The translations under genes were made by a program, and so were the position numbers. From assembly GCA_032123335.1 (NCBI GenBank), contig JAQBFN010000008.1, positions 1-43,518 on the forward strand: DNA of 43,518 nucleotides, given 5' to 3'. The stretch is from Candidatus Micrarchaeota archaeon. Its GTDB lineage: Archaea > Micrarchaeota > Micrarchaeia > Anstonellales > Bilamarchaeaceae. The notes beneath the pieces are model-generated. The model saw nothing but the letters and a program-made list of their open reading frames with translations. It was not told the origin of the DNA and did no database searches. Positions 9,903 through 17,629 of this stretch are shown here, one piece after another; position 1 is the stretch's first letter; each line of letters opens with the position of its first letter.

Positions 9903-10211
9903 TCATCCGAAGATGTCTCCCATCCCGCTTGCTGCCTTGTCTTCCTCTTCAGCAATTATCGCAATAATTTTGTCTACAATTTCCCCAGGTACATCCACAA
10001 GTAGGTTCTTCAGTTTTTCCCCTGCTCCGGCAACCTTTTCATCATCCCCAGAAATATACAGATAAATGGTTTTCTCATCTCCGCCTACCTGGTTCCCATC
10101 CTTGAGCGTGTAGCCCATCATCGCAAAGCTTCCCTTTGCATATGGGTCTGCTTCCAGGATAACAGTAAGCTCTTTCTTCTTTTCCATTGGAATGCCAAAC
10201 ACTTTCTTCAT
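9903..10211 (-). CDS. Small hypothetical protein
   Basis: 102-aa ORF tightly packed between co-directional genes. Confidence 0.7.
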   Translation of the reverse strand: MKKVFGIPMEKKKELTVILEADPYAKGSFAMMGYTLKDGNQVGGDEKTIYLYISGDDEKVAGAGEKLKNLLVDVPGEIVDKIIAIIAEEEDKAASGMGDIFG

Positions 10212-10922
10212 TCAATCTTCCTCCTTTTTGTGGTGCTGCACATGGGGCACAAACTTCCCATCAGGGTTCAGGAACCCCATGTTCCATTTGAGCATCTGCG
10301 CAACATACTCCAATACACTGCTAAACGTTATATAGGTAATTGAAATCCCTGCAGCAAACATCCCCCTCTCAACCAGCACAATGGGAATAAGCGCCCACCA
10401 TGCCTCCGCAGGCATCCCAATGGTATACAGGAATGCCACCGAGCCCACCACGTGCGCCTGGAACGTTGCCCCAAGGCTCCTCAGGAACAGGTGCTTTGCT
10501 GCAAAAACCGTAGCAACAATCGGTATCAGCCAAAGAAGCGCATATCCCCATGCCTGCGCTCCAATCGGGTGCATCCAGAACAAAATCATCCCCAATATAG
10601 GAATCGCAATCCCGAACCTCTTATCTTTCTTCACAACCCCGAAATAGTATGCTGCAGCCAGCATCGGAAGGAACCTTGCAACCGAAAATGCACTGAAGGT
10701 AAAATCATTAATCAGCACCTTCTGCACAACTTCCACACCCAGTATCATGAACACCGCGAGGAACGGGCTTACAAAACCAGCACTTACCGGCCCCACAAAC
10801 TGGAACAGGGTGAAACTTTGCTCATCCGCCCCCACAACATAGGTCAAGTTTATATTGTAGAATATAAGTGAAAGCACCGCAAAAAGAAGCAGGAATATCC
10901 CTAGCTTTATTTTCTTCTCCAT
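10212..10922 (-). CDS. Multi-pass membrane protein, possibly ECF transporter S-component-like
   Basis: About 7 hydrophobic helices; size typical of S components. Function is inferred only. Confidence 0.6.
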   Translation of the reverse strand: MEKKIKLGIFLLLFAVLSLIFYNINLTYVVGADEQSFTLFQFVGPVSAGFVSPFLAVFMILGVEVVQKVLINDFTFSAFSVARFLPMLAAAYYFGVVKKDKRFGIAIPILGMILFWMHPIGAQAWGYALLWLIPIVATVFAAKHLFLRSLGATFQAHVVGSVAFLYTIGMPAEAWWALIPIVLVERGMFAAGISITYITFSSVLEYVAQMLKWNMGFLNPDGKFVPHVQHHKKEED

Positions 10923-10984
10923 AGTCCCAACCAAGCATATTCATTGACGTTAGGGCTTAAAAAACTTCCCTCCGACCATTATCC

Positions 10985-11623
10985 ATGGCCGAATCCCTTT
11001 CAGATGCCCTTGTAGATCTTAAGGTCTCCCCCGTATCCGTAGAAATAAAGGAAAGGCTGGAGGAATTCAAGCTCCTGGGCACGCTGGAAGAAGACGAATG
11101 GTTCTCGGAGCTCTGCTTCTGCCTTCTCACTGCCAACTCTTCTGCCCAGAAAGGAATCGAAGTCCAGACCAAAATAGGGGGCGGGTTTGAAACACTTCCC
11201 CAAAAGGAGCTTTCCGCCGCGCTCAGGAACCTCGGGTATCGCTTCTTCAACAAGCGTGCCGAATACATCATAGAAGCCCGCAAGCACTCAAAAGACCTCA
11301 AGAAGCGCATCCAGAAGCTCGCCAAGGGGGGTACGCGCAAAGCCCGTGAATGGCTCGTGGAAAATGTAAAGGGAATGGGCTACAAGGAAGCCTCCCACTT
11401 CCTCCGCAACGTGGGCTACACAGATGTTGCAATCCTGGACCGCCACATCCTGCGCACAATGCATGAAAACGACCTGATTCCGGAAGTGCCCAAATCCATG
11501 AACCGCGTCCAATACCTTACCTATGAAAACCTCCTGCGCTTAATCGCCTTCAGGTTCAAGCTCTCCCTCGCAGCATTAGACCTTTACCTTTGGTACATGA
11601 AAACCGGGAAAGTGCTTAAATAG
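10985..11623 (+). CDS. ogg: 8-oxoguanine N-glycosylase/DNA lyase (archaeal Ogg family)
   Basis: ELCFCLLTANSSA, HhH motif VKGMGYKEASHFLRNVG, AILDRHILR, C-terminal LDLYLWYMKTGKVLK. Confidence 0.92.
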   Translation: MAESLSDALVDLKVSPVSVEIKERLEEFKLLGTLEEDEWFSELCFCLLTANSSAQKGIEVQTKIGGGFETLPQKELSAALRNLGYRFFNKRAEYIIEARKHSKDLKKRIQKLAKGGTRKAREWLVENVKGMGYKEASHFLRNVGYTDVAILDRHILRTMHENDLIPEVPKSMNRVQYLTYENLLRLIAFRFKLSLAALDLYLWYMKTGKVLK

Positions 11624-11761
11624 TGCCCTTGGAAGGCGAAATCATTGGGCACGGGGTTTAGTTTTTCTCCCGTGTCCCAAATTCCTTCCTTTTAAATATT
11701 CCGTGTCCCAAGCGCTACGACTGTGTTTTTGCACTCCACGTCGGAAAAGCTCTCTTTTAAA

Positions 11762-11777
11762 ATACAATCCCTTGTAG
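11762..11777 (+). promoter_or_regulatory. Degenerate NrdR box 1
   Basis: ATACAATCCCTTGTAG keeps the CwA..TwG core of the consensus acaCwAtATaTwGtgt; lies 32 bp upstream of box 2. Confidence 0.6.
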
Positions 11778-11793
11778 TATATATGCTCATGAA

Positions 11794-11809
11794 ACACAAC
11801 ATCTTGTGT
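11794..11809 (+). promoter_or_regulatory. NrdR box 2
   Basis: ACACAACATCTTGTGT matches 14/16 positions of the NrdR-box consensus, directly upstream of nrdR-nrdD. Confidence 0.85.
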
Positions 11810-11834
11810 TCTGGGCATGCTGAGGCGACCAAAC

Positions 11835-12299
11835 ATGAAATGTCCATATTGCGTAAATGATGACACAAAGGTTGTGGATTCCAGGCAGGTTGAAACGCAG
11901 ATAAGGAGAAGGAGGGAATGCGAGAAATGCGAAAAGCGCTTCACTACTTTTGAGCGTGTTGAATACGCGGAACTTTACATTATAAAGAAAAACGGCTCCA
12001 GGCAGCCCTTCAACTCAGAAAAGCTCAGATTGAGCATAAGGAAGGCCTGCGAAAAGCGCCCCATTTCCCTCTCCCAGATTGAGGAAACAGTGGACCAGAT
12101 TGAAGCAAAGCTCCGAAATGAGGATTCAATAGAAATCAAGAGCTCAAGGATCGGGAACCTCGTTATGCAGACGCTCAGGAAACTGGACGCAATCGCATAC
12201 ATCCGCTTTGCCTCAGTCTACAAGGACTTTGGGGACCTGGCAGCATTCGAAGAAACAATCGACAAACTAAGAAAGGGTGGATCCGATGGAAGAAAATGA
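11835..12299 (+). CDS. nrdR: Transcriptional repressor NrdR
   Basis: MKCPYC...VVDSR...IRRRRECEKCEKRFTTFE zinc ribbon, ATP-cone, AYIRFASVYKDF. Confidence 0.95.
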   Translation: MKCPYCVNDDTKVVDSRQVETQIRRRRECEKCEKRFTTFERVEYAELYIIKKNGSRQPFNSEKLRLSIRKACEKRPISLSQIEETVDQIEAKLRNEDSIEIKSSRIGNLVMQTLRKLDAIAYIRFASVYKDFGDLAAFEETIDKLRKGGSDGRK

Positions 12300-14343
12300 C
12301 GTATACCAGATAAGGAAAAGGGATGGGACCATAGTCCTTTTCGACCGCAGCAGGATCCGGGACGCAGTTTGGAAATCCTTCCGTGTAACCGGTGAAGGTG
12401 ACAAGGACCGCGCCGAAAACCTCACAGACCAGGTAATCAGCATCCTGAACCACAAGTACAGCGAAAAGCACCCTTCAGTAGAGCAAATCCAGGACATTGT
12501 GGAAGAAGTGCTCATACTAAACAAATACGTAAAAACCGCAAAAGCATACATCCTTTACAGGAGCCAGCATTCCCAGCTCAGGGAACTCGGCCACCTCATG
12601 AAGAATGTTGAAATGATTGACGGCTACCTGGAAAACAGCGACTGGAGAATCAAGGAAAACGCAAACATGGCATATTCCCTCCAGGGCCTCAACACCCACA
12701 TCTCCAGCATTATTGTTTCCCAATACTGGATGAATAAAATCTACCCAACCGGGCTCGCAGATTCGCACAAGAACGGGGACCTTCACATCCATGATCTCAA
12801 CACCTTAGGTGCATACTGCGTTGGCTGGGACCTCCAGGACCTCCTCACAAGCGGATTCACTGGGGTGCCCGGCAAAATAGAAAGCAAGCCACCCAAGCAC
12901 TTCCGCACCGCCCTTGGCCAGATTGTAAACTATATTTACACCCTCCAGGGAGAAACCGCAGGAGCGCAGGCATTTTCCAATTTCGACACCTACCTTGCCC
13001 CCTTCATCCGCTACGACAACCTGGAGTATGATGAGGTAAAGCAGGCAATGCAGGAGTTCCTATTCAACATGAACGTTCCCACAAGGGTAGGGTTCCAGAC
13101 CCCGTTCAGCAATATCACCATGGACCTCACCCCACCGGATTTCCTCAAGGACCAGCCCGTGATAATCGGGGGAAAAACCATGAAGGATACCTACGGGGAG
13201 TTCCAAAAAGAAATGGACCTCCTGAACCTTGTTTTCACTGAAGTGATGGTTGAAGGGGACGCATCCGGAAGGGTATTCACCTTCCCGATTCCCACCTACA
13301 ACATTACAAAAGAGTTTGACTGGGAATCAGACACCTCAAAGGGAATCTTCGAAATGACTGCAAAATACGGAATCCCCTACTTTTCTAATTTCATAAACAG
13401 CGATATGCACCCGGATGATGCGCGCTCAATGTGCTGCAGGCTTCGCCTGGACAACCGCGAGCTTCGCAAGCGCGGAGGAGGCCTTTTCGGAGCAAACCCC
13501 CTCACCGGCTCCATTGGGGTAGTCACAATAAACCTCCCAAGAATCGGCTACCTTGCAAAGGATGAAGAGCAGTACTTCCAGAAGCTCGGGGAGCTCATGG
13601 ACCTGGCTTTCCAGAGCCTGGAGGCAAAGAGGAAAATACTCGAAACCTTTACTGAGCGCGGCCTCTACCCCTACACCAAGTTCTACCTCCGCCACATAAG
13701 AAAAGCAAACGGCGAATACTGGAAAAACCACTTCGGCACAATCGGCCTCATCGGCATGAATGAATCCGTTCTGAATTTCCTTGGCACTGACCTCCTGAGC
13801 GAGGAAGGGAAAAAGTTCGCGGAGAAAGTGCTTGATTTCATGCGGGACAGGCTTTCCCAGTACCAGCAGGAAACCGGGAACGTATACAACCTTGAGGCAA
13901 CCCCCGGGGAAGGAACCACCTACAGGCTTGCAAGGATGGACAAGTCCCGCTACCCGAACATCATGGTTGCAAATGAAGAGGCATACAGGGAGCGGAAGGC
14001 AGCGCCCTACTACACAAATTCCTCACAGCTCAATGCAGCCACCCCAATTGACGTATTTGATGCGCTGGAAGTGCAGGACATCCTCCAGACCAAGTACACC
14101 GGGGGAACAGTGTTCCACGCATTCCTTGGGGAAAGGCTCTATGACTGGAAGGTTGCTGCCAAGCTGGTAAAAACAATTGCGGAGAATTTCCGCCTTCCAT
14201 ATTTCACTTTAACGCCTACATTCAGCGTGTGCCCTGTGCACGGATACCTCCCCGGGGAGCACAAATACTGCCCCAAATGCGATGAGGACATAGGGTATGC
14301 AGGCGCGATGCGCATGAAGGCAAAAAGCGAAGGATGTGCTTAA
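12286..14343 (+). CDS. nrdD: Class III (anaerobic) ribonucleoside-triphosphate reductase, large subunit with ATP-cone, lacking the glycyl-radical loop
   Basis: N-terminal ATP-cone (IRKRDG..FD), HIHDL, finger-loop SMCCRL, TGSIGVVTINL, NLEATPGE, YYTNS, YTGGT, CPVHG..CPKC. No RxxGY motif before the stop. Confidence 0.93.
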   Translation: MEENDVYQIRKRDGTIVLFDRSRIRDAVWKSFRVTGEGDKDRAENLTDQVISILNHKYSEKHPSVEQIQDIVEEVLILNKYVKTAKAYILYRSQHSQLRELGHLMKNVEMIDGYLENSDWRIKENANMAYSLQGLNTHISSIIVSQYWMNKIYPTGLADSHKNGDLHIHDLNTLGAYCVGWDLQDLLTSGFTGVPGKIESKPPKHFRTALGQIVNYIYTLQGETAGAQAFSNFDTYLAPFIRYDNLEYDEVKQAMQEFLFNMNVPTRVGFQTPFSNITMDLTPPDFLKDQPVIIGGKTMKDTYGEFQKEMDLLNLVFTEVMVEGDASGRVFTFPIPTYNITKEFDWESDTSKGIFEMTAKYGIPYFSNFINSDMHPDDARSMCCRLRLDNRELRKRGGGLFGANPLTGSIGVVTINLPRIGYLAKDEEQYFQKLGELMDLAFQSLEAKRKILETFTERGLYPYTKFYLRHIRKANGEYWKNHFGTIGLIGMNESVLNFLGTDLLSEEGKKFAEKVLDFMRDRLSQYQQETGNVYNLEATPGEGTTYRLARMDKSRYPNIMVANEEAYRERKAAPYYTNSSQLNAATPIDVFDALEVQDILQTKYTGGTVFHAFLGERLYDWKVAAKLVKTIAENFRLPYFTLTPTFSVCPVHGYLPGEHKYCPKCDEDIGYAGAMRMKAKSEGCA

Positions 14344-14344
14344 G

Positions 14345-14515
14345 ATGGAAGAACGAATAGAAGAACTCGAAAAGAAGAGGGTCCCCTGTGAGGTTTACTC
14401 CAGGGTTGTTGGTTACATTCGCCCGGTTTCCCAGTGGAATGAGGGCAAGCAGGAAGAATTCTTCGAAAGGCACATGTTCAATGCCTCGCAGGAGCCCAGA
14501 GGTAAAGATGAATGA
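14345..14515 (+). CDS. Stand-alone glycyl-radical domain of class III RNR (56 aa; absent from the ORF track)
   Basis: Translates to MEERIEELEKKRVPCEVYSRVVGYIRPVSQWNEGKQEEFFERHMFNASQEPRGKDE*. Starts 2 nt after the nrdD stop; its stop overlaps the nrdG start (ATGA). Confidence 0.9.
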   Translation: MEERIEELEKKRVPCEVYSRVVGYIRPVSQWNEGKQEEFFERHMFNASQEPRGKDE

Positions 14516-15222
14516 GCCTTGACTTTGCACAAATACAGAAAACCAGCCTCATTGATTTTCCCGGTGAGGTTTCCTCCACCCTGTTTACGGTAGGGTGCAA
14601 CATGAGGTGCCCCTTTTGCCATAACAGCTCCCTGGTGCTCCCGGAGTCTTTCCCCCCGCAAAGGGTTTCAGCAGAGCAGGCAATTGCGGAACTCTCAAAG
14701 AGAAAGAAGTTTGTAAATGCGGCAGTGATAACTGGAGGCGAGCCAACAATACACCCTGATCTCCCCTGGTTTATTTCCACCCTCAAAAGCGAGGGAATAA
14801 AGGTAAAGCTGGATACAAACGGGACCAACCCGGAAATGCTTTCTGAGCTATATTCCAAGGAGCACCTGGACTATGTTGCAATGGACATCAAGTCCTCCCT
14901 GGATTACTATACCCAGGCCTCAGGAGCCTCCATAGATGTTGCAGACATAAAGGAAAGCGCACGCATAATCCGCGCTTCAGGAATCCCGTATGAATTCCGC
15001 ACCACCGTAGTTCCTGGCATGCATGACCTGGACCGAATTGAAGAAATAGGCAAATGGCTTGAGGGTGCAGAACGGTACATGATCCAGTCCTTCTCCCCGG
15101 ATGGGGGAACCCTGGATAAATCTTATTCTATCAAGAAGCCTTTTGATGACAAAGCACTCCACGCATTTGTGGCTGCTGCAAAGCCGTATTTCAAGAAAGT
15201 AGAACTAAGGGAATACTACTAA
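14512..15222 (+). CDS. nrdG: Anaerobic RNR activating enzyme (radical SAM)
   Basis: SLIDFPG, GCNMRCPFCHN, ITGGEPT, KLDTNG, YEFRTT. Confidence 0.93.
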   Translation: MSLDFAQIQKTSLIDFPGEVSSTLFTVGCNMRCPFCHNSSLVLPESFPPQRVSAEQAIAELSKRKKFVNAAVITGGEPTIHPDLPWFISTLKSEGIKVKLDTNGTNPEMLSELYSKEHLDYVAMDIKSSLDYYTQASGASIDVADIKESARIIRASGIPYEFRTTVVPGMHDLDRIEEIGKWLEGAERYMIQSFSPDGGTLDKSYSIKKPFDDKALHAFVAAAKPYFKKVELREYY

Positions 15223-16820
15223 TTCCCATTCCGTAGTTTCATCAAAAGCCGCGCCATCCTTAATAGTGCTGAGTTAGCCTGCTCTATTGAATATGCTGCG
15301 TCAATGAAGATGGTGCTCGTATAAGAAGAAAGTTGCTCGTTCGCCATCCTTTTCATGTGTTTCCTGTATGCATTTTGGATAAGCCTGTCTGTCCGTGCCC
15401 TTTTTTGCACAAGGGAACTGTAGGTTCCCTTGTTCATCTCCCAGCCCTTCTCAAGCACCTTTTCCATGATCACATCAAACCCTTTTTTTATCTCATCCAG
15501 CTCATAAACCGCTTCAGGGATAAGGTGCTCCCCCCTTTCATCCAGCTTCACCGCAAGCTTTGCGAATTCCTTGCTCAGGTCCCCGAGCTGCTCCACCTTG
15601 TTCGAGAGCCTTGCAAGTATCACAATATCCTCGGACTGCTCAGGGGTAAGCTCCCGCTCTGAAAGGTCCACAAGAACCAGTGATATCTGCTCCTCCAGAT
15701 AATTGTTGAGCGTTTCCAGCTTGCCTACCTTTGCCATCTTATCCGCTTTTGCAGCCCTCACCATCCCGTAAGAAAGGTAGAATGAATCCTTTACAAGCTC
15801 CATCTGCCGTTTGAGCTCTTTTTCCACCGCAAGGATTGCGCTGTTGGTATTTGCGGGTATCTCCTCCAGGTAGAGGGTTTTGAACAGTATTTCCTTCTCT
15901 TTTCCCGGCACTATTTTTTCCGTAATCTTGATTACGGGTTTGAGCAGGAGGAGGAAAATCACGGCAGTTGTGATGTTGAACAGGGTATGCGCATTTGCAA
16001 TCATGTGCCCTGTTCCTCCGCCCAGGCTTTCCACGAATGAAGTAAAAGGCCCGAGGATGGGCAGGAAGAGCAATACCCCGCAAATATTGAAAATCGCATG
16101 CGCAGCCGCTGTCCTTTTTGCAAACAATTCCATCCTCCACGCAGACAGTAGTGCAGTAGAAGTTGTGCCGATGTTTGCGCCCATTATGATGGCTATTGCC
16201 GCCCCGACCCCCAGAAGCCCCTCTGCCCCAAGCACCACAACTATGCCCGTGGTTGCAGAGCTTGACTGCAGCAGCGTAGTGAGCAGCGCCCCCACAATTA
16301 TTGCGGTTATCGGATCATTAAGGCTTGCCATCCAGCCCAAAACTCCGGGGTCACTCTTGAATGGCTCCACTGCATCTGAAAGGAAATTAATCGCAAGGAA
16401 AAGGAACCCAAAGTAGAATATTGCTTTCCCTATGAACTTGAACCTGGACCCTGCCAAGCTCACCAGGAACCCAATTACGATGAATATGGGAGCAAGCGCA
16501 GCAAAGTTGAATGCAATCAGCTGCGCGGTTACAGTAGTCCCCACATTCGCCCCCGCAATAACCCCAAGGCTCTGCGCAAATGAAATTATCCCCGCATTAA
16601 CCAGCCCTACTGCAATTACTGTTGTTGCCGTGCTCGATTGGATTGCAGCAGTGGTAACCGCACCCACAAGCCCTCCCATCCACCTGTTCTTGGTAAGGCT
16701 CTGGAGTGCACCCCTCATGCGGTCGCTTGCAATCCTCTGGAGCTCCCTGCTCAGGTGCTCTACCCCATACAGGAAAAGCACTATCGCAGCAAGAAGCCCC
16801 ACGAACGGTTCAAAATCCAT
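15219..16820 (-). CDS. Na+/Pi cotransporter (NptA-like) with C-terminal PhoU-like helical domain
   Basis: Duplicated QSS motif (IQSSTATT / LQSSSATT) and GANVGTT/GANIGTT; start placed at MDFEPF. Confidence 0.88.
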   Translation of the reverse strand: MDFEPFVGLLAAIVLFLYGVEHLSRELQRIASDRMRGALQSLTKNRWMGGLVGAVTTAAIQSSTATTVIAVGLVNAGIISFAQSLGVIAGANVGTTVTAQLIAFNFAALAPIFIVIGFLVSLAGSRFKFIGKAIFYFGFLFLAINFLSDAVEPFKSDPGVLGWMASLNDPITAIIVGALLTTLLQSSSATTGIVVVLGAEGLLGVGAAIAIIMGANIGTTSTALLSAWRMELFAKRTAAAHAIFNICGVLLFLPILGPFTSFVESLGGGTGHMIANAHTLFNITTAVIFLLLLKPVIKITEKIVPGKEKEILFKTLYLEEIPANTNSAILAVEKELKRQMELVKDSFYLSYGMVRAAKADKMAKVGKLETLNNYLEEQISLVLVDLSERELTPEQSEDIVILARLSNKVEQLGDLSKEFAKLAVKLDERGEHLIPEAVYELDEIKKGFDVIMEKVLEKGWEMNKGTYSSLVQKRARTDRLIQNAYRKHMKRMANEQLSSYTSTIFIDAAYSIEQANSALLRMARLLMKLRNGN

Positions 16821-16882
16821 CAAAAACCTATTCCCAATCAGGCTTTTATTTCTTGCTCTGTTACACTCATTTAGGTGAACCA

Positions 16883-17236
16883 ATGAAAATCTACATCCTT
16901 TTCCTATTGGCATACGTTCTTCTTTTTTCAGGCTGTCTTAGCCCGCAGCCCTCCACCCCCTCTCCAGATGAGATCAATAGTTTTGATGAATGCGTGGCAG
17001 CAGGAAACCCAATAATGGAATCCTACCCGCGCCAGTGCGCGGTTCCGGGCGGCCCCAGTTTCACGGAAGTCCTTTCCGAAGAAAAATGCTCCGTATATGA
17101 TGACTTTTTCTGCCCTGCCGGATGTGTAGTATGCCCCCCATGCGTGGAATGCAGTTCCGTAGGGTGCCACAGCGAGGAGTTCTGCGCCAACCTTGGCTTC
17201 GATAAGGACTGGTACGACTCCGTAAGCCCCCAATAG
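16883..17236 (+). CDS. Small Cys-rich lipoprotein
   Basis: ATG follows SD-like AGGTGA; lipobox LFSGC; INSFDECVAAGNPIMESYPRQC motif. Confidence 0.75.
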   Translation: MKIYILFLLAYVLLFSGCLSPQPSTPSPDEINSFDECVAAGNPIMESYPRQCAVPGGPSFTEVLSEEKCSVYDDFFCPAGCVVCPPCVECSSVGCHSEEFCANLGFDKDWYDSVSPQ

Positions 17237-17280
17237 TGCGGCATGCCCCTCCTTTTTATTCTTTCCTTTACCCCAAATAA

Positions 17281-17461
17281 TGTGTAGATGATGACAAAGG
17301 TGATCACCGAGCTAGGCCCTAAGCCAGCTACCGCATATGATGTCAATCATTTGTAGTACAGGAGATTTCTTCGGAGTGAACTTCGTTCACTTCTCTTGAG
17401 CATAGCTCAAGACTCCGGCCACGGCCAACGCGATGACGAGTGACGTGCGGTCTGATACACA
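17281..17461 (+). ncRNA. Long box C/D guide RNA; D guide predicted to target 16S C1402
   Basis: Terminal stem TGTGTA/TACACA; box C ATGATGA (17288-17294); box D CTGA (17452-17455) in K-turn register; candidate D' CCGA (17307-17310) and C' GCGATGA (17430-17436). D guide is antisense to ACCGC(A/C)CGTCA. Confidence 0.8.
17439..17461 (+). repeat. 23-bp direct repeat, copy 1 (attL-like)
   Basis: AGTGACGTGCGGTCTGATACACA, identical to 18736-18758. Confidence 0.95.
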
Positions 17462-17629
17462 AAATGTTTCGGGTTCTGAGTTTCGGAGCAGAAAAGAAGC
17501 CCAAGCCCAGATACGGAATTCCTGAACAGGATTAGGATGATGCAGGAGGGACACTAAAGCATGTTGCACCCCAATCAATATCCATTTAAACATTATTAAC
17601 CACAAATAATAACTAATACTGGTGAATAT

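Noticed and set aside
17281..17461. Minus-strand 16S rRNA gene or pseudogene fragment
   Set aside because: Similarity is limited to short blocks and the conserved AAGTCGTAACAAGG is not retained. The + strand has an exact C/D K-turn, so a guide RNA explains it better, although an rRNA-derived origin remains possible.
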